From contig NC_068985.1 of the NCBI RefSeq assembly GCF_001194135.2, positions 57,404,488-57,468,235 on the forward strand: a DNA stretch of 63,748 nucleotides, read 5' to 3'. How positions within the stretch are numbered: the stretch's first letter is position 1; each line of letters begins with the position of its first letter. The notes under the pieces are model-generated. The model did not search any database, had not been told where the DNA came from, and saw nothing but the letters and a program-made list of their open reading frames with translations. A program made the translations under genes and the position numbers. Shown in pieces: positions 36,523-49,879 of the stretch. This DNA comes from Octopus bimaculoides (taxonomy: Eukaryota).

Positions 36523-36984
36523 GCATATGTGTGTATGTATGTGTGTGTATGTATGTGTGTATGTATGTGTGTGTACATATATATTCACTATAACATACAA
36601 CATTCTTGATTGCGAATCACCATCGAATTTGAACGTTTCTGCATGCTGGATAATAACGACTGTATGCAATTAGTAACCTGATACTTACTTCAGTTTTCTT
36701 GATAATAGGTTCCAGTTTAAACTATGATAGTGAAGTATTGTCGCTTGCTGGATTTTGTCAATGTAACTATCCTAAAAAATATGTATTCAACGAAATATTT
36801 TGAGCATTTCACCTCTCCACTTAGGATATTTATTAGGTAGGTCGTACCTGATAAATGTCCACAATGTGGAATGAATTAAACATACAATGTACAGTTATGT
36901 AATCTTGAAGATAAATCATGCTCTCTTAGAAAATGGCCCTCATCATCATCCTCATCATCATCAATAACTCCTGCACCTTCCTAT

Positions 36985-37190
36985 GTCGAGTCCCAGGACT
37001 CATAACGCCGATTAACGGTTTCCAAGACCATTCAATCGACCACATTATTCCCACTAAACATGATGCCAGTCTGTCGCAGTCATATAGCGGACTTGTGCAA
37101 AATGAAATGAAGTGGTTTGCTCAAGAAAACGACACACTGCCCGATCAAAGAGTCAGAACTACGACCTTGTGAGTGCAACCCCCTAAACAT
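36985..37190 (-). mobile_element. SINE family D, degraded
   Basis: ATGAAATGAAGTGGTTTGCTCAAGAA shared with 210-235. Confidence 0.6.
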
Positions 37191-37497
37191 TACACCAAAC
37201 ATCTTCGGCATTATTGAATTTATCAAATCAATTCGCTCATTTTTGCTTGACTATTTCGTTCCAGAATCACACTGAAACCGCATGACGGACGTCGTCCTGT
37301 TATAAATAGTTTCATTAAATTGAAAGGAGAATTTCTTGGATTGAATCATCTGATGTATTTCTCTTCCATGTTTTATGCCAATAAATCGATTTCTATAGCG
37401 ATAGTGGTAGAATTACTAGACGGATATGACTGAGTGATTAATTTCTCAACCGAGTTCATGACATCGGACAATATCCTGGAAACTGAATGGCAGAAAA

Positions 37498-37927
37498 TAT
37501 CATTCACCAATATTATGAGTCACCAATATTTTACAACGCATCGATATTTTTTTACCTACCAATGCTATGTGAGTCACAAAAGTTCTGTGACTCATTAGTA
37601 TTATGAGTCTTATGAATAATGTACGACTCATCAATTTTATTCGACTCTCACTATCATACGACTCATCAATATTATATGACTCACCAGCTTTATACAATGC
37701 TTCAGTGTTACGTGACTCGCCAAAGTTGTTTAATAATCTATGTTCTGTGAGTCACCAAATTTGTTTGAATCCCCAAAGATCAGTGATTCACGAATACTTG
37801 CAGCTCACAAATATTACGTGGCACAACAAAGATGTGTGAATTACCAATATTGTATGGCTCACTAGTATAATGTGACTGGTTGATGTTATGCACATCAGTA
37901 GAGTTATGTGACTTACCAAAATTATGT
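37498..37927 (+). repeat. Degenerate 18-bp tandem repeat (about 24 units, consensus TGTGACTCACCAATATTA), possibly a decayed hexapeptide-repeat exon
   Basis: Units translate YDSSIL YDSPAL YNASVL RDSPKL ... CESPNL FESPKI SDSRIL ... CELPIL ... CDLPKL; a few 1-bp indels and a stop. Confidence 0.75.
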
Positions 37928-38152
37928 TAAAACATTTCCAGTCTGAATAAGTAGTTTATTCAATATATGTTATCCAACGCGAGTCCTTAATATAGCCGTA
38001 ACTTCTCTTTTGCTAAGTTCCTCTTGAGTAGATTATTTCTGAAATCAATATCAATAATAAAGAGGCACTTCCTCCAAGGAAAACTGAATAAACTCTGGGT
38101 AGAATAAGCCACCCCACTTAGGGAAATAAATAAGCAGCTGTTATTACTATCA

Positions 38153-38170
38153 CTGATGATGATGATGATA

Positions 38171-38223
<53 letters not shown>

Positions 38224-38228
38224 CATGA

Positions 38229-38300
<72 letters not shown>
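38153..38300. repeat. (GAT)n(AAT)n microsatellite
   Basis: Direct reading. Confidence 0.95.
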
Positions 38301-38329
38301 CAAGCCCTTACCGCAATAATATCGCATAG

Positions 38330-39990
38330 AATGATCAAAATCTGGTAGAAAGCAACTTGTTTCCAGAAGAGCTGATGGGATGCTGCAAGGGTTCAAACGG
38401 ATGTAAAGATGAGCTAATGATCAATAAAGCTATAACGGAAGTCAGTCGCAGAACGAAGTAGGGTCTAAGTATGACATGGATGGATTACCGGAAGGCTTTT
38501 GATAGTATTCCCCACACATGGATCCTAGAAACACTAGCCATGAATAAAGTAGCACCAATAATTCTAAAATGTATAAAACATTCCATGAATAAATGGCAGA
38601 CAGTGCTACAGCTCCAGACAAAAGAGGGACTCATAAAAATCAAAACCGTCCTCATTAGAAGAAGAATATTCCAAGGAGACAAGCTCTCTCCACTCCGTTT
38701 CTGCTTGACTTGACACGTTTATCTGACATGCTAAGCAGTACTGGATGTGGGTACAACTGTTACGGAAAAACAATCAGCTATCTCTTATATATGGATGACC
38801 TAAAATTGCACGCTACAAATGAGAACCAACTGGAAACATTACTACAAGCGGTTCAGAGATTTACCAAAGAAGTAAACATGAAATTTGACTTAGAAAAAGG
38901 TGTCAAAGCAACCTTGATTAGGGGGGAAACTAGTAAAGAGTAGCAACTTCACACGAGATAAAGCAGATCAAAAACGAGAATTAAATCAAAGGCTGACAAA
39001 CAAATACTTAGGAATCAATGAACTAGATACGGTACAATACACACAAATGAAAGAGAAGATAAAAGAAATACTATATACGAGTTAGATTCATACTGAAAAA
39101 CAGAGTTCAATGCGAAAAACAAGACAAAAGATATCAACACTCTAGTCGTCCCAGTTATAAGTTCAACTACAATATTCTTAACTGGACTCTAAATGAACTA
39201 ATCAGAATAGACAGGAAAACAAGGAAAGTAATCGCAGGATTTTCGATGCACCATCCAAGCTCTGACATAGAAAGGTTATATATATACAACGTATCGAAGG
39301 TGGTAAAGGTCTTATGCATCTAGAAAACTATTACAAAATAACCACCATAGGACTAGAGAAATACCTACTCCAGAAGCAAGGAAAACTAATACAAATAATG
39401 ACGAAAAAAGCTGTTAAGGAAGCTAACAACTATGAAGAAAGAGAAGAAAAAAAAAAGCTGTTAAGGAAGCTAACAACTATGAAGAAAAAGAAGAAAAAAA
39501 AAGCTGTAAAACAACTGAAATTCAAACTAAACTGGAACATAAACGGTTCATGATAAAAAGATAGCAAGAAAAGCCTCTTGATGGCAAATACTGGTTTACA
39601 TTAGAAATAGACAAGAAAGGCTGAAAAACTCAGGACTCAAAGCAGAGACTGAAGGATTTTTAATTGCAACACGAGATCAAAGCCTCCCCACCAGAAATTA
39701 CCAAAAACATGTAATAGATAAAATGCAAGTATCTTCAGAATATGTGGAAATGGAATAGAAACAATAAATCATATTTTCTCTGACAAAGAATGAATATATT
39801 CACAGACACGACAGAGTTGAGACCTGCATACACTGGAAGCTATGCCAACACCATGGAATAACAACAGAAAAAGCTGGTATAGATACGTGCCAGAAAATGT
39901 CACAGGAGATGAGAAAGCAACCATACTCTGGGATATGCCAATACACACCGATAGAGAAGTTAAGGACAATAGGCCGGATATAGTTGTCAG
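38330..39990 (+). mobile_element. R4/Dong LINE family F, older degenerate copy (RT to endonuclease start)
   Basis: MTWMDYRKAFDSIPHTWILETL...RRIFQGDKLSPL; HLLYMDDLKL equivalent (YLLYMDDLKLH); colinear with 43900-45700. Confidence 0.9.
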
Positions 39991-40059
39991 AGATCATGAA
40001 GGAAAAAAAAGATTGTACTGACAAGTACTGACCACATCCTTAGAAAACCCTATCCATTT

Positions 40060-42150
40060 AAGGTCTGTGTTGCATTACATAAAGATAAAAAGCAGCAAAA
40101 CTTGCTTCACTAAACAATATGAGAAACGGGAACGCTTTTTCCAACAAAATAGAGAATTCAAAATAAACACAAGCAATTTTTACAGAAAGTTAAACAAAAA
40201 CATTATATCAATAGATACTATGCTAAGAACATCAGCGATTCAGTCATACTGAGAAGCAATATGGAGCAAACCAGAACAACACAACAAAAATGCTGATTGG
40301 ATTAATAGCGAGAGGGAAAGGAAGAACACAGTAGAAGCACAGATATGGCCCACCATCATAGGTCTAGAGATTACGGACACACTGTGGAGTACCAACAACT
40401 GGAAAACCAGGAATAGACAAGGTCGCCGAGTTCTGGTTGAAACGCCTCACCATTACCCATAACCACTAAGCTGCAGAATTCAATTTATTGACAAGTGAGC
40501 CAGAATCATCAACACCAAACTGGATGCTAGAAGGACAAACTACCTAAATCCCAAGTACCGTGCACCCACAAAATTATAGATCAATAACATTGACAAATGT
40601 GCCAGTGTTTCACTGGGAAGACGGAAATTCATCAGTATTAAAAACACTGCACTCGACATAGACACAGAAATTAAAGAATTAGACCATAACCGCCAATACA
40701 GATATCTAGGAATGGACGAAGCAGCTAAAATACAAAACACAGAAATGAAGGAGAAAATTAGGAGAGAATATTACAGGCGAATTAGATCAATATTAAACAC
40801 TGAACTTAATGCTAAAAATAAGATAATATAGATCAACACGCTATCCATACCAGTCATAAATTACAGCTTTAACATAATAAACTGGAAGATCAGTGAATTG
40901 AGAAAACTAGATAGAAAAACTAGAAAACTACTAACAGCGTACCGAAGTTACCACCCCAATCCAGACGCAGACAGAATATATCTACCCCGCTTAGAAAGAG
41001 GCCGTGGCCTGATACAGATGGAAAACTACTATAAAATAACGACAGTTGAACAAGGAAATTACTTAGAAACAAAGAGTCGAAGACTAGTGTATGCTGTAAA
41101 GCAACACGAGAAAATGAAAGCACTTTTCTCTATACACAAAGAGGCGACAAATTACAAAGCAGAAACAAACTACACTGACACACTGACCTCAGATGCAACA
41201 AAGCAGAAATGGTCAAAGAGACAAAAAACAACATTAAAATTGAATTGCAAAAGATACTGAAGAAGAAATGGAGAAAAAAATCACTCCACGGCCAACACCC
41301 TGAAAGGCTTGATAGAGAGGAAGTGATCTGCAGTGAAAGCCAACAATGATCTGGACTAAAAGGTAAAACAGCACTGATTCTCGCTACACAAAATAATGAA
41401 AACATGCTCCAACACCAAATGTAGAATGTGCAACCAGCACAATAAGACAGTTGACCACATCATTTCGGGCTGCTCGGTCCTTAACAAGTCTGAATATATA
41501 TACAGACACGACAAAGTAAGAAGTTATATCTACTGGGAATACACCAGCATTACAACATTAAAACTGACAATAGGCAGTAGCAGTATAAGCATTTGCCAAA
41601 CAATCATCGGGCCACAGTCATCTGCGATATGCCGGTTCAAACCGACAAAGAAATAAAAACTGATCGCCCAGACATAATCAAGGATTGGGGGTGAAAAAAA
41701 AAAAAAAAACACCTGCGTACTGATAGAGACTGCAGTCCCTTCTGAACAAAATATTGTCAAAATAGAAGTGGAGAAATTGTCCAAGTGCAAAGACTTCGAA
41801 AGTGAAGTATTCAAGATGTGGGGCATAGAGGTAAAAATAATACAAATAATAAATGGAGCACTGGGTATGATAGAAAAACATATGAACAAAAACGTAGAAG
41901 CTATACTTGATTCTCAACACTATACACTATTCACTATCCAAAAAAAAAAACAAAAAAAGAAAAAATAGTTCTGCTAGAAACAGTCTACATCCTACGCAAG
42001 ACATCATCATTCCAGTAATTCAACCTGAACAAAACAACCCGCAGATACAAGGCACGCTCTATACAGCAATTACTCAGTGAAATAAACTTCCACCAGCAAC
42101 CTTATTAACCAATGCATTACACACTGAGCACACAATAAAAGTAGTAACAC
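40060..42150 (+). mobile_element. R4/Dong LINE, another family (internally deleted RT, CCHC, endonuclease, 3' UTR)
   Basis: KLDRKTRKLLTAYRSYHPNPDADRIYLPRLERGRGLIQMENYY; CRMCNQHNKTVDHIISGCSVLNKSEYIYRHDKV; EKLSKCKDFESEVFKMW...GALG. Confidence 0.85.
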
Positions 42151-42347
42151 AACAAATGACTGCACCACACCTCAGGAGAAGAAAAAATCTAACGTGTTAC
42201 AGTACCGGGAAAAGTTTGCACATACCCAACAGCAGAAAAGAACACACAATGCTGCACATGCCCCAACAACACGGAGGTTTAGCAGGCGTTGCAGGAGAAA
42301 TTTGCCTCTTTCAAATGTGGAACAATCATATGATAATAATAATAATA

Positions 42348-42394
<47 letters not shown>

Positions 42395-42409
42395 GATAGA
42401 AATCGTCCT

Positions 42410-42612
42410 TTCTAATATAGGCTAACGCCAGAAATTTAGGTTGTTAGGCATGCCGTTTACATCGACACCAGTGCTCAACTGGTAGTTGTTTTATCGACCC
42501 CGAAAAGATGAGAGGCAAAGTTCACCTCAGCAGAATTTGAACCCATAACGTAAAGACGGAAAAATGCCGCTAGCCATTTTGCGTGGTGTGTGCTAACGAC
42601 TCTGCTAGCTTT
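42410..42612 (-). mobile_element. SINE family B between (GAT)n and (AAC)n tracts
   Basis: TTTTATCGACCCCGAAAAGATGAGAGGCAAAGTT...GAATTTGAA...GCTAACGACTCTGCTAGC. Confidence 0.75.
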
Positions 42613-42809
42613 CCACCTTAACAACAACAACAATGATAATAGCAGCAACAACAGCAACAGCAACAAGAACAACAGCAATGTCAACATACTTGCTCTCTTC
42701 ACCCGATTTCTCACCTGCCCCGAAATTCGTGGACTTGTACCAAAATTTGAAACTAATATTAAGCATAGATGTGACTCAGTCGATACTAAATGTATGATCG
42801 GTATAAACT

Positions 42810-42880
<71 letters not shown>

Positions 42881-43159
42881 CTCGAATGTGGAATCTAAAA
42901 ACAGAAACAATTCCTATCATAGTAGGTGCCTTAGGTATTATAAAAAAATATTCAGACAAATACATAACAAAAATACCAGGACTTACAAATATATATAACA
43001 TACAGAAAATTGCACTACTGGGTACTGCACACATTCTACGCAAAACACTTTCAATACAGTAAACATAAGAGCACCACAGCAAACCACAGCACATACCCAA
43101 GGCGCACAGAGCTGCGCTCGGTAGTGAAGTGAAAGCACGTTATAAAAATAAAACTACTG
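42881..43159 (+). mobile_element. Severely 5'-truncated young Dong family-F copy inserted inside (TAA)n
   Basis: (AAT)n at 42810-42876 upstream and AACAATAATAATAAT downstream; near-identical to the reverse complement of 20396-20680. Confidence 0.9.
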
Positions 43160-43189
43160 AACAATAATAATAATAATTGTGAATAAATA

Positions 43190-46081
43190 ATATTGTGGAT
43201 AAATAATATCTAAAACAAAATTTAAAAAAAAACGAGAAAAGATTTATCGATTCTCAACGAAATTAGTAAACGATCAACACAACTAAGTAACAAGAAGAAA
43301 ACAAAAATACTGTACAAATGCAACATTACAGAAAAAGACTTACCTGAGGCAAAAGAAAAGCTAAAGCAAGATATCCTCGCCAAAGCACAAATGATCCGCC
43401 GGTATGAGAAATGTTTCTTTGAACAAAACAAACAGTTCAAATGCAACCCCAAAAAACTCTACCAAGAACTGGGTAAAAATAAAATAGACATTACTGCAGC
43501 ATCAACAGCAGAAGAACTAGAGAAATTCTGGAAACAAATATGGTCGGTGAAGCAACAACCCCAGAAAAGGACCATTAAAACAACGAACTTAGCACCAGAG
43601 CAACTCTGGACCCCTATAACAACTGAAGAGGTCACCCAGACACTGCAAAGACTAAGCAACTAGAAGGCATCTGGGCACGACAAGATCCCCAACTTGTGGT
43701 TAAAACACCTGACAGGAATGCACAAAAAGCTGGTAGAAAACTTTAACAACATACTAGCAGAGCCGGCGACAATGCCTGAATGGCTCACGAAAGGGAAAAC
43801 CATCTTAATTCCCAAATCCACGGAAACGGAGAAACCACAAAACTACAGACCTATAACCTGTCTCCCTACGATCTACAAAGCCTTTACTGCAATANNNNNN
43901 NNNNTTATTGATCAATAAAGCCATAACTGAAGACAGCTGCAGAAAGAAGAAAGGCCTCAGTATGACCTGGGTGGACTACCAAAAGGCTTTTGACAGTGTT
44001 CCCCACACGTGGATTCTCGATACACTAGCTATAAACAAGGTGGTACCAATTATTATAAAATACATAAGGCACTCCATGAACAAATGGCAGACAGTTCTAC
44101 AGCTCCAAACAAAAGAGGGACTTGTGAAAACGAAAGCCATCCCCATTAGAAGAGGAATATTCCAGGGAGACACGCTCTCTCCACCCCTGTTCTGCCCGGC
44201 ACTCACACCTTTAACTGAATTGTTAAATAGAACTGGATGCGGATACAAATGTTACGGAAAAAACGTCAGCCACCTTTTATATATGGATGACCTAAAATTA
44301 TACGCCAGAAATGACAAATAGCTGGAAACACTATTACAGACGATACATGGCTTTACCAAGGAAATAGATATGAAATTCGGATTAGAAAAATGTGCCAAAG
44401 CAACCCTGAAAAGAGGAAAATTAGTTAAAATTAGCAATATAACACTAGGTAAAGCCAATCAAATAAGAGAACTAGACGAAAGTCAACCATACAAATATTT
44501 AGGAGTCAATGAACTACATACGATGCAACACACACAAATGAAAGAAAAAATAAAGAAAGAGTACTATAAACGAATTAGATCAATACTAAAAACAGAGCTC
44601 AATGCTAAAAACAAGATAATAGGTATCAACACTTTAGCTGTCCCAGTTATATGTTATAGCTACAATATCCTTAACTGGACATTAAACGAACTATCTAAAA
44701 TAGACAGGAAAACAAGAAAAATAATGACAGGATATAGAATGCACCACCCAAAATCTGACATAGAAACGCTATATATACAACGCACAGAAGGTGGCAGGGG
44801 TCTTATACAGCTAGAAAACTATTATAAACTAACCAACATAGGACTGCAAAAATAACTACTTCAGAAGCAAGGAAAACTAATAAAAATAGCCACAAAACAC
44901 GAGCAAAACAAAAAAAAACGGTTTTCAGTATTTAAGGAAGCTGACAAATAGAAACAAGAAATCATACTACCTAACAAATACGAAGAAGAAGAAGAAACAA
45001 CAAAAGCTATAAAACAAATGAAATCCAAACTAAAACTAGAACAGCAACGGACCATGATAAAACGATGGCAAGAAAAGCCCCTACATGGTAAATACTGGGC
45101 TAAACTAAATGCAAAAGAAATAGACAGAGAAAAATCCCTGCAATGGTTGAGAAGCTCAGGACTCAAAGCAGAGACTGAAGGATTTTTAATTNNNNNNNNN
45201 NNNNNNNNNNNNNNNNNNNNNNNNNNNNNNNNNNNNNNNNNNNNNNNNNNNNNNNNNNNNNNNNNNNNNNNNNNNNNNNNNNNNNNNNNNNNNNNNNNNN
45301 NNNNNNNNNNNNNNNNNNNNNNNNNNNNNNNNNNNNNNNNNNNNNNNNNNNNNNNNNNNNNNNNNNNNNNNNNNNNNNNNCAAAAACATACAATGAAAAG
45401 AAACATAACAAGTAACTGTAGAATATGTGGAGATGGACAAGAAGCAATAAATCATATTATCTCTGGCTGCCCAGTCCTGGCTAAGAAGGAATATATTCAC
45501 AGACACGACAGAGCTGGGACCTATATACACTGGAAGCTATGCCAACACTATGGAATAACAACAGAAAAAAGTTGGTATAAACACACGCCAGAAAAGGTCA
45601 CAGAAAACGAGAAAGCAACAATACTCTGGGATATGCCAATTCACAGATAGAGAAATTAAGGTAAATAGACCAGATATAGTTGTCAAAGATCATGAGGAAC
45701 AAAAATGCTTTCTAATTGATGTATCAATACCAGCAAATGACTATGTTTCCCTGAAAGAAATGGAAAAACTTTCAAAATACAAAGACCTGAAAATAGAAGT
45801 AACTCGAATGTGGAATCTACAAACAGAAACAATTACTATCATAGTAGGTGCCTTAGGTATAAAAAAAAAATATTCAGACAAATACATAACAAAAACACCA
45901 GGACTTACAAATATATATAACATACAGAAAATTGCACTACTGGGCACTGCACACATCCTATACAAAACACTTTCAATACAGTAACCATAAGAGCATCACA
46001 GCAAACCACAGCACATACCCAAGGCACAAAGAGCTGCGCTCGGTAGTGAAGTGAAAGCACGTTATAAAAATAAAACTACTG
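43190..46081 (+). mobile_element. Best-preserved R4/Dong LINE (family F): RT, CCHC, restriction-like endonuclease, 3' UTR, (TAA)n tail
   Basis: WLTKGKTILIPK...NYRPITCLPTIYK; WVDYQKAFDSVPH; RGIFQGDTLSP; HLLYMDDLKLY; YKYLG; CRICGDGQEAINHIISGCPVLAKKEYIHRHD; RPDIVVKD; few stops. Confidence 0.92.
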
Positions 46082-46091
46082 AATAATAATG

Positions 46092-46157
<66 letters not shown>

Positions 46158-46169
46158 TTATAGATATGA

Positions 46170-47000
46170 ATAACTTTAAGTATACGAATTATGGCAGAAG
46201 ATCAGCTACTTTTGGAATTAAGTCTTATAAACATGGTGATAGTGTTGATATTACGAGAAATGTCTATGTAATTAACAGAAAGGTTAATTCAAAGAATATT
46301 GTTTGGTATAATGCACCATGTGCATCTTACACAACTACTAATATTCCATGGAAAATCTTTGCAGCACTGGATAAATATTCCCTACCTTGAACTGAGTACG
46401 AGAAAATATTTAATCGCTCAGAAATCTGTTTGAAATTATAGCACCAGATAAACGTAAAATTAGACACTATCGCAACTCAAAATTAGTAAACACGAGTGGA
46501 AACGATAGGGTTAATTGTGAGATAAACTATAACGATAATTTTCCTGAAAACTAGTTTTTGATACTTTTGGTAAAGGTAATTCTAACTCTGAAAATAATAA
46601 TATAGATTATATTGTTGTCAATGATCCTGTTTTAACACCTCATTCTGAGAGGAGAGTTAGTACTAAATCCTTGAGCCGTGAGTGCTGTATATTTGAAAAA
46701 CAAAATCATCTGTCTTTTACGGAATCAGTGTCTAAGGAAGAATATAGTATATCAATGTAACGTAATTGCAGGGGGTCATACCCATTATCACATACGCTCT
46801 TCTACAATTTACAAATCTAGATTACATAACAATTCTTCATTTAACTTTAGAAGAAAATGTAATTCTATGAACCTTAGTAAACGTATTTGGAATTTGAGAG
46901 AGAGAAAAATTATCTATGATACAAAGTGGTGAATCAAATTGACCAGTACCGACCCGTTTATATACCCAATAAATCCAGCAGCTACAGATATTTGTTATAT
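46170..47000 (+). mobile_element. Penelope-like element 3' relic (post-RT region and GIY-YIG endonuclease)
   Basis: KNIVWYNAP...TTNIPWKIFAALDKY..KIFNR; C.L.NQCL.KNIVYQCNV...YHIRSS...YKSRLHN.SSF...LSKRIWNL...YDTKW. Confidence 0.75.
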
Positions 47001-47065
47001 GTCACTGTATATTTCTCTCACTCAAAACATTTCTCTCTCTGTCTCACAATGTCTCTCTGTCTCTA

Positions 47066-47103
<38 letters not shown>

Positions 47104-47285
47104 ACAATGTCTCTCTCTCTCTCTCTCTTTATATATATGTCTATCAATCAAATCATGTTCTCACTGAACTTTTTCACGCATGACCTGCCACACAAATCAC
47201 TTTCTCTTCATACATGCATGTCCCTCAATACAACTTTGGTATCCATTCCATATAAACATTATATATATATATATATATACATAAA

Positions 47286-47320
<35 letters not shown>

Positions 47321-47329
47321 ATTGTATCT

Positions 47330-47525
47330 GTGTCACCAGCCGTCGCTTAAGAACCGGTGTTGGCGTGGCTTATGTTCGGTAAGATATCAGTTCCGTAACA
47401 GAGAACGCTGCAATGACCACCAGACTTTAAAAAAAGTGTAACGGGTCCATTCGTTCGTCTAAAATTTTTCAAGGCGGTAACCTGGCATGGCCACAGTCTG
47501 ATAACTGAAACAAGTAAAAGATAAC
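47330..47525 (+). mobile_element. SINE family A, 3' half
   Basis: CGCTTAAGAACCGGTGTTGG...CCTGGCATGGCCACAGTC...ACTGAAACAAGTAAAAGATAA. Confidence 0.7.
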
Positions 47526-47626
47526 AGATAATATATATGTGTGTGCGTATATATATATATATCATGCAACTTAAAATTTCGTACACTTAGTTACAAGAAC
47601 TTAATTCGTGCACACACACACACACA

Positions 47627-47657
<31 letters not shown>

Positions 47658-47736
47658 CCGCACACACACACATACACACATATAAATATGTATCCGTCAA
47701 CCTATCTACACTGAATAGCATTTCTTTGAGCTTTTA

Positions 47737-47808
<72 letters not shown>

Positions 47809-48150
47809 GTCTATCTATCTGTCTGTCTGTCTGTCTGTCTCTCCCTCTCTCTCCTTCACTTTGTTTACCTTTTTATTTACCTGTACATTCGTCTGTTTAT
47901 CTGTTATCCCACTATAATTGTATTCTGTTCTCTTTATCCACGTGTAAGTTCCATTTGTTTCCAATGCAGCTTAATCTTGCTTCTTTTATTTGTCATTATT
48001 CAGGCTCCGTCTCTTTCTCCTTCTCTCTCTAGATATATAAATATACATTTAGGTGTGTGTGTGTGTGTGTGGTGTATATTTCCACTCATTGTATGTTGCC
48101 CTATTTCGCAATATGTATCTTCCTCACATTTATACTTTTTCTACCCCCCC

Positions 48151-48185
<35 letters not shown>

Positions 48186-49186
48186 GCTTTCTCTCTATAT
48201 CTTCTCACAACTCTGTGTTAAAACCTTTCGCTTTATTACAAAACCTCCCCAAAGCACAATCACAGCATCTTCCTCTCCTGCTTACTCTGTCACAGACGTC
48301 ATCAGTTCACCGATCTTTCTCTCAATCCCACAAATATCGTCCTCCCTCTCACACACACATCTATTTTTATCTATATTCCTGTCTACCCCACCCCATCTCT
48401 ATTCCTCTCCCCTCTGCTAATCCTTATTCAAACTGTAACGCCTCCACCCCTCACATCATTATATCTCCCACTCTTTCGCTTCATACAATTTTCTCTTCTA
48501 TGCTGGTCTCGCTTTCAATCGCGTCTGTGCGTGTCTCTACTGTCAGATCTTTCTATCTCACTTTCTCACTCTTTCTTTTCCGTCTGCGCGCGCCCGTGCG
48601 TGTGTGTATTGCGTATATACCATACATACAAACACGCGCGCATACAAACACACACACACACACACACACACACGTACACTCATGCACACAAACACACACG
48701 TACACATAAAGACAACCACAAACACAAACACATGCACCAACGCGACGCACAGATTTTTCAATTGCTTTCTGTCTGTATTTACAAGCTTAGCTATATATAC
48801 GTGTATGTGACCATGCGTTTGCATACATACACAGAGAATTCATACATAAAACATGCAAATCTACATATATACAAACAAAACTACCCTGTTGTTGATGTTG
48901 AAATTCCAATGAAGGAGCCTTGGATCTAGGTTAGAAACCGGATCTTTCTCAATTGGCAAGAAATCTTGAAATAAACTGAATAATGACATATAAATATACA
49001 TACATAGATACGAGTGAGCGCTCGCGCGCGCACACTCTTTGGTGTTTATACACACACACAAACACACACACACATACACACACACACACACATAAAGGTG
49101 GTACTCCAGCAAGGCCGCAGTCAAATGACTGAAACAAATTAAAATAAAAGAATATATATATTTATATACTTATATGCGTATGAATG

Positions 49187-49225
<39 letters not shown>

Positions 49226-49729
49226 TATATATGCATATATGTATANNNNNNNNNNNNNNNNNNNNNNNNNNNNNNNNNNNNNNNNNNNNNNNNNNNNNNN
49301 NNNNNNNNNNNNNNNNNNNNNNNNNNNNNNNNNNNNNNNNNNNNNNNNNNNNNNNNNNNNNNNNNNNNNNNNNNNNNNNNNNNNNNNNNNNNNNNNNNNN
49401 NNNNNNNNNNNNNNNNNNNNNNNNNNNNNNNNNNNNNNNNNNNNNNNNNNNNNNNNNNNNNNNNNNNNNNNNNNNNNNNNNNNNNNNNNNNNNNNNNNNN
49501 NNNNNNNNNNNNNNNNNNNNNNNNNNNNNNNNNNNNNNNNNNNNNNNNNNNNNNNNNNNNNNNNNNNNNNNNNNNNNNNNNNNNNNNNNNNNNNNNNNNN
49601 NNNNNNNNNNNNNTATATATATATATATATATACACACGCAAGTGCGACGCACCATACTGACACTCTCTCTCCACCTCTCACTTTCCCTCTCTCTCTCTC
49701 TCTCTCGCTCTCTCTTTCACCTTCTATCC

Positions 49730-49765
<36 letters not shown>

Positions 49766-49879
49766 TTCGCCTTCTATCCCTCTCTATCTCTCGTTCCTTG
49801 TCAGCTGATCCGTCACACCTCATCAGTTTCTGTTTTTGTCACCACCAATCCCAGCCTCAACTTCTGCTGCTGTCGTCAG

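Noticed and set aside
37498-37927. CRISPR-like array
   Set aside because: Contiguous 18-bp degenerate units without unique spacers, in eukaryotic DNA with no cas genes.
46678-46990. Possible selenocysteine (UGA) recoding in the Penelope-like endonuclease
   Set aside because: The in-frame TGA at 46930-46932 is not at a cysteine position, and the relic has ordinary frameshifts.
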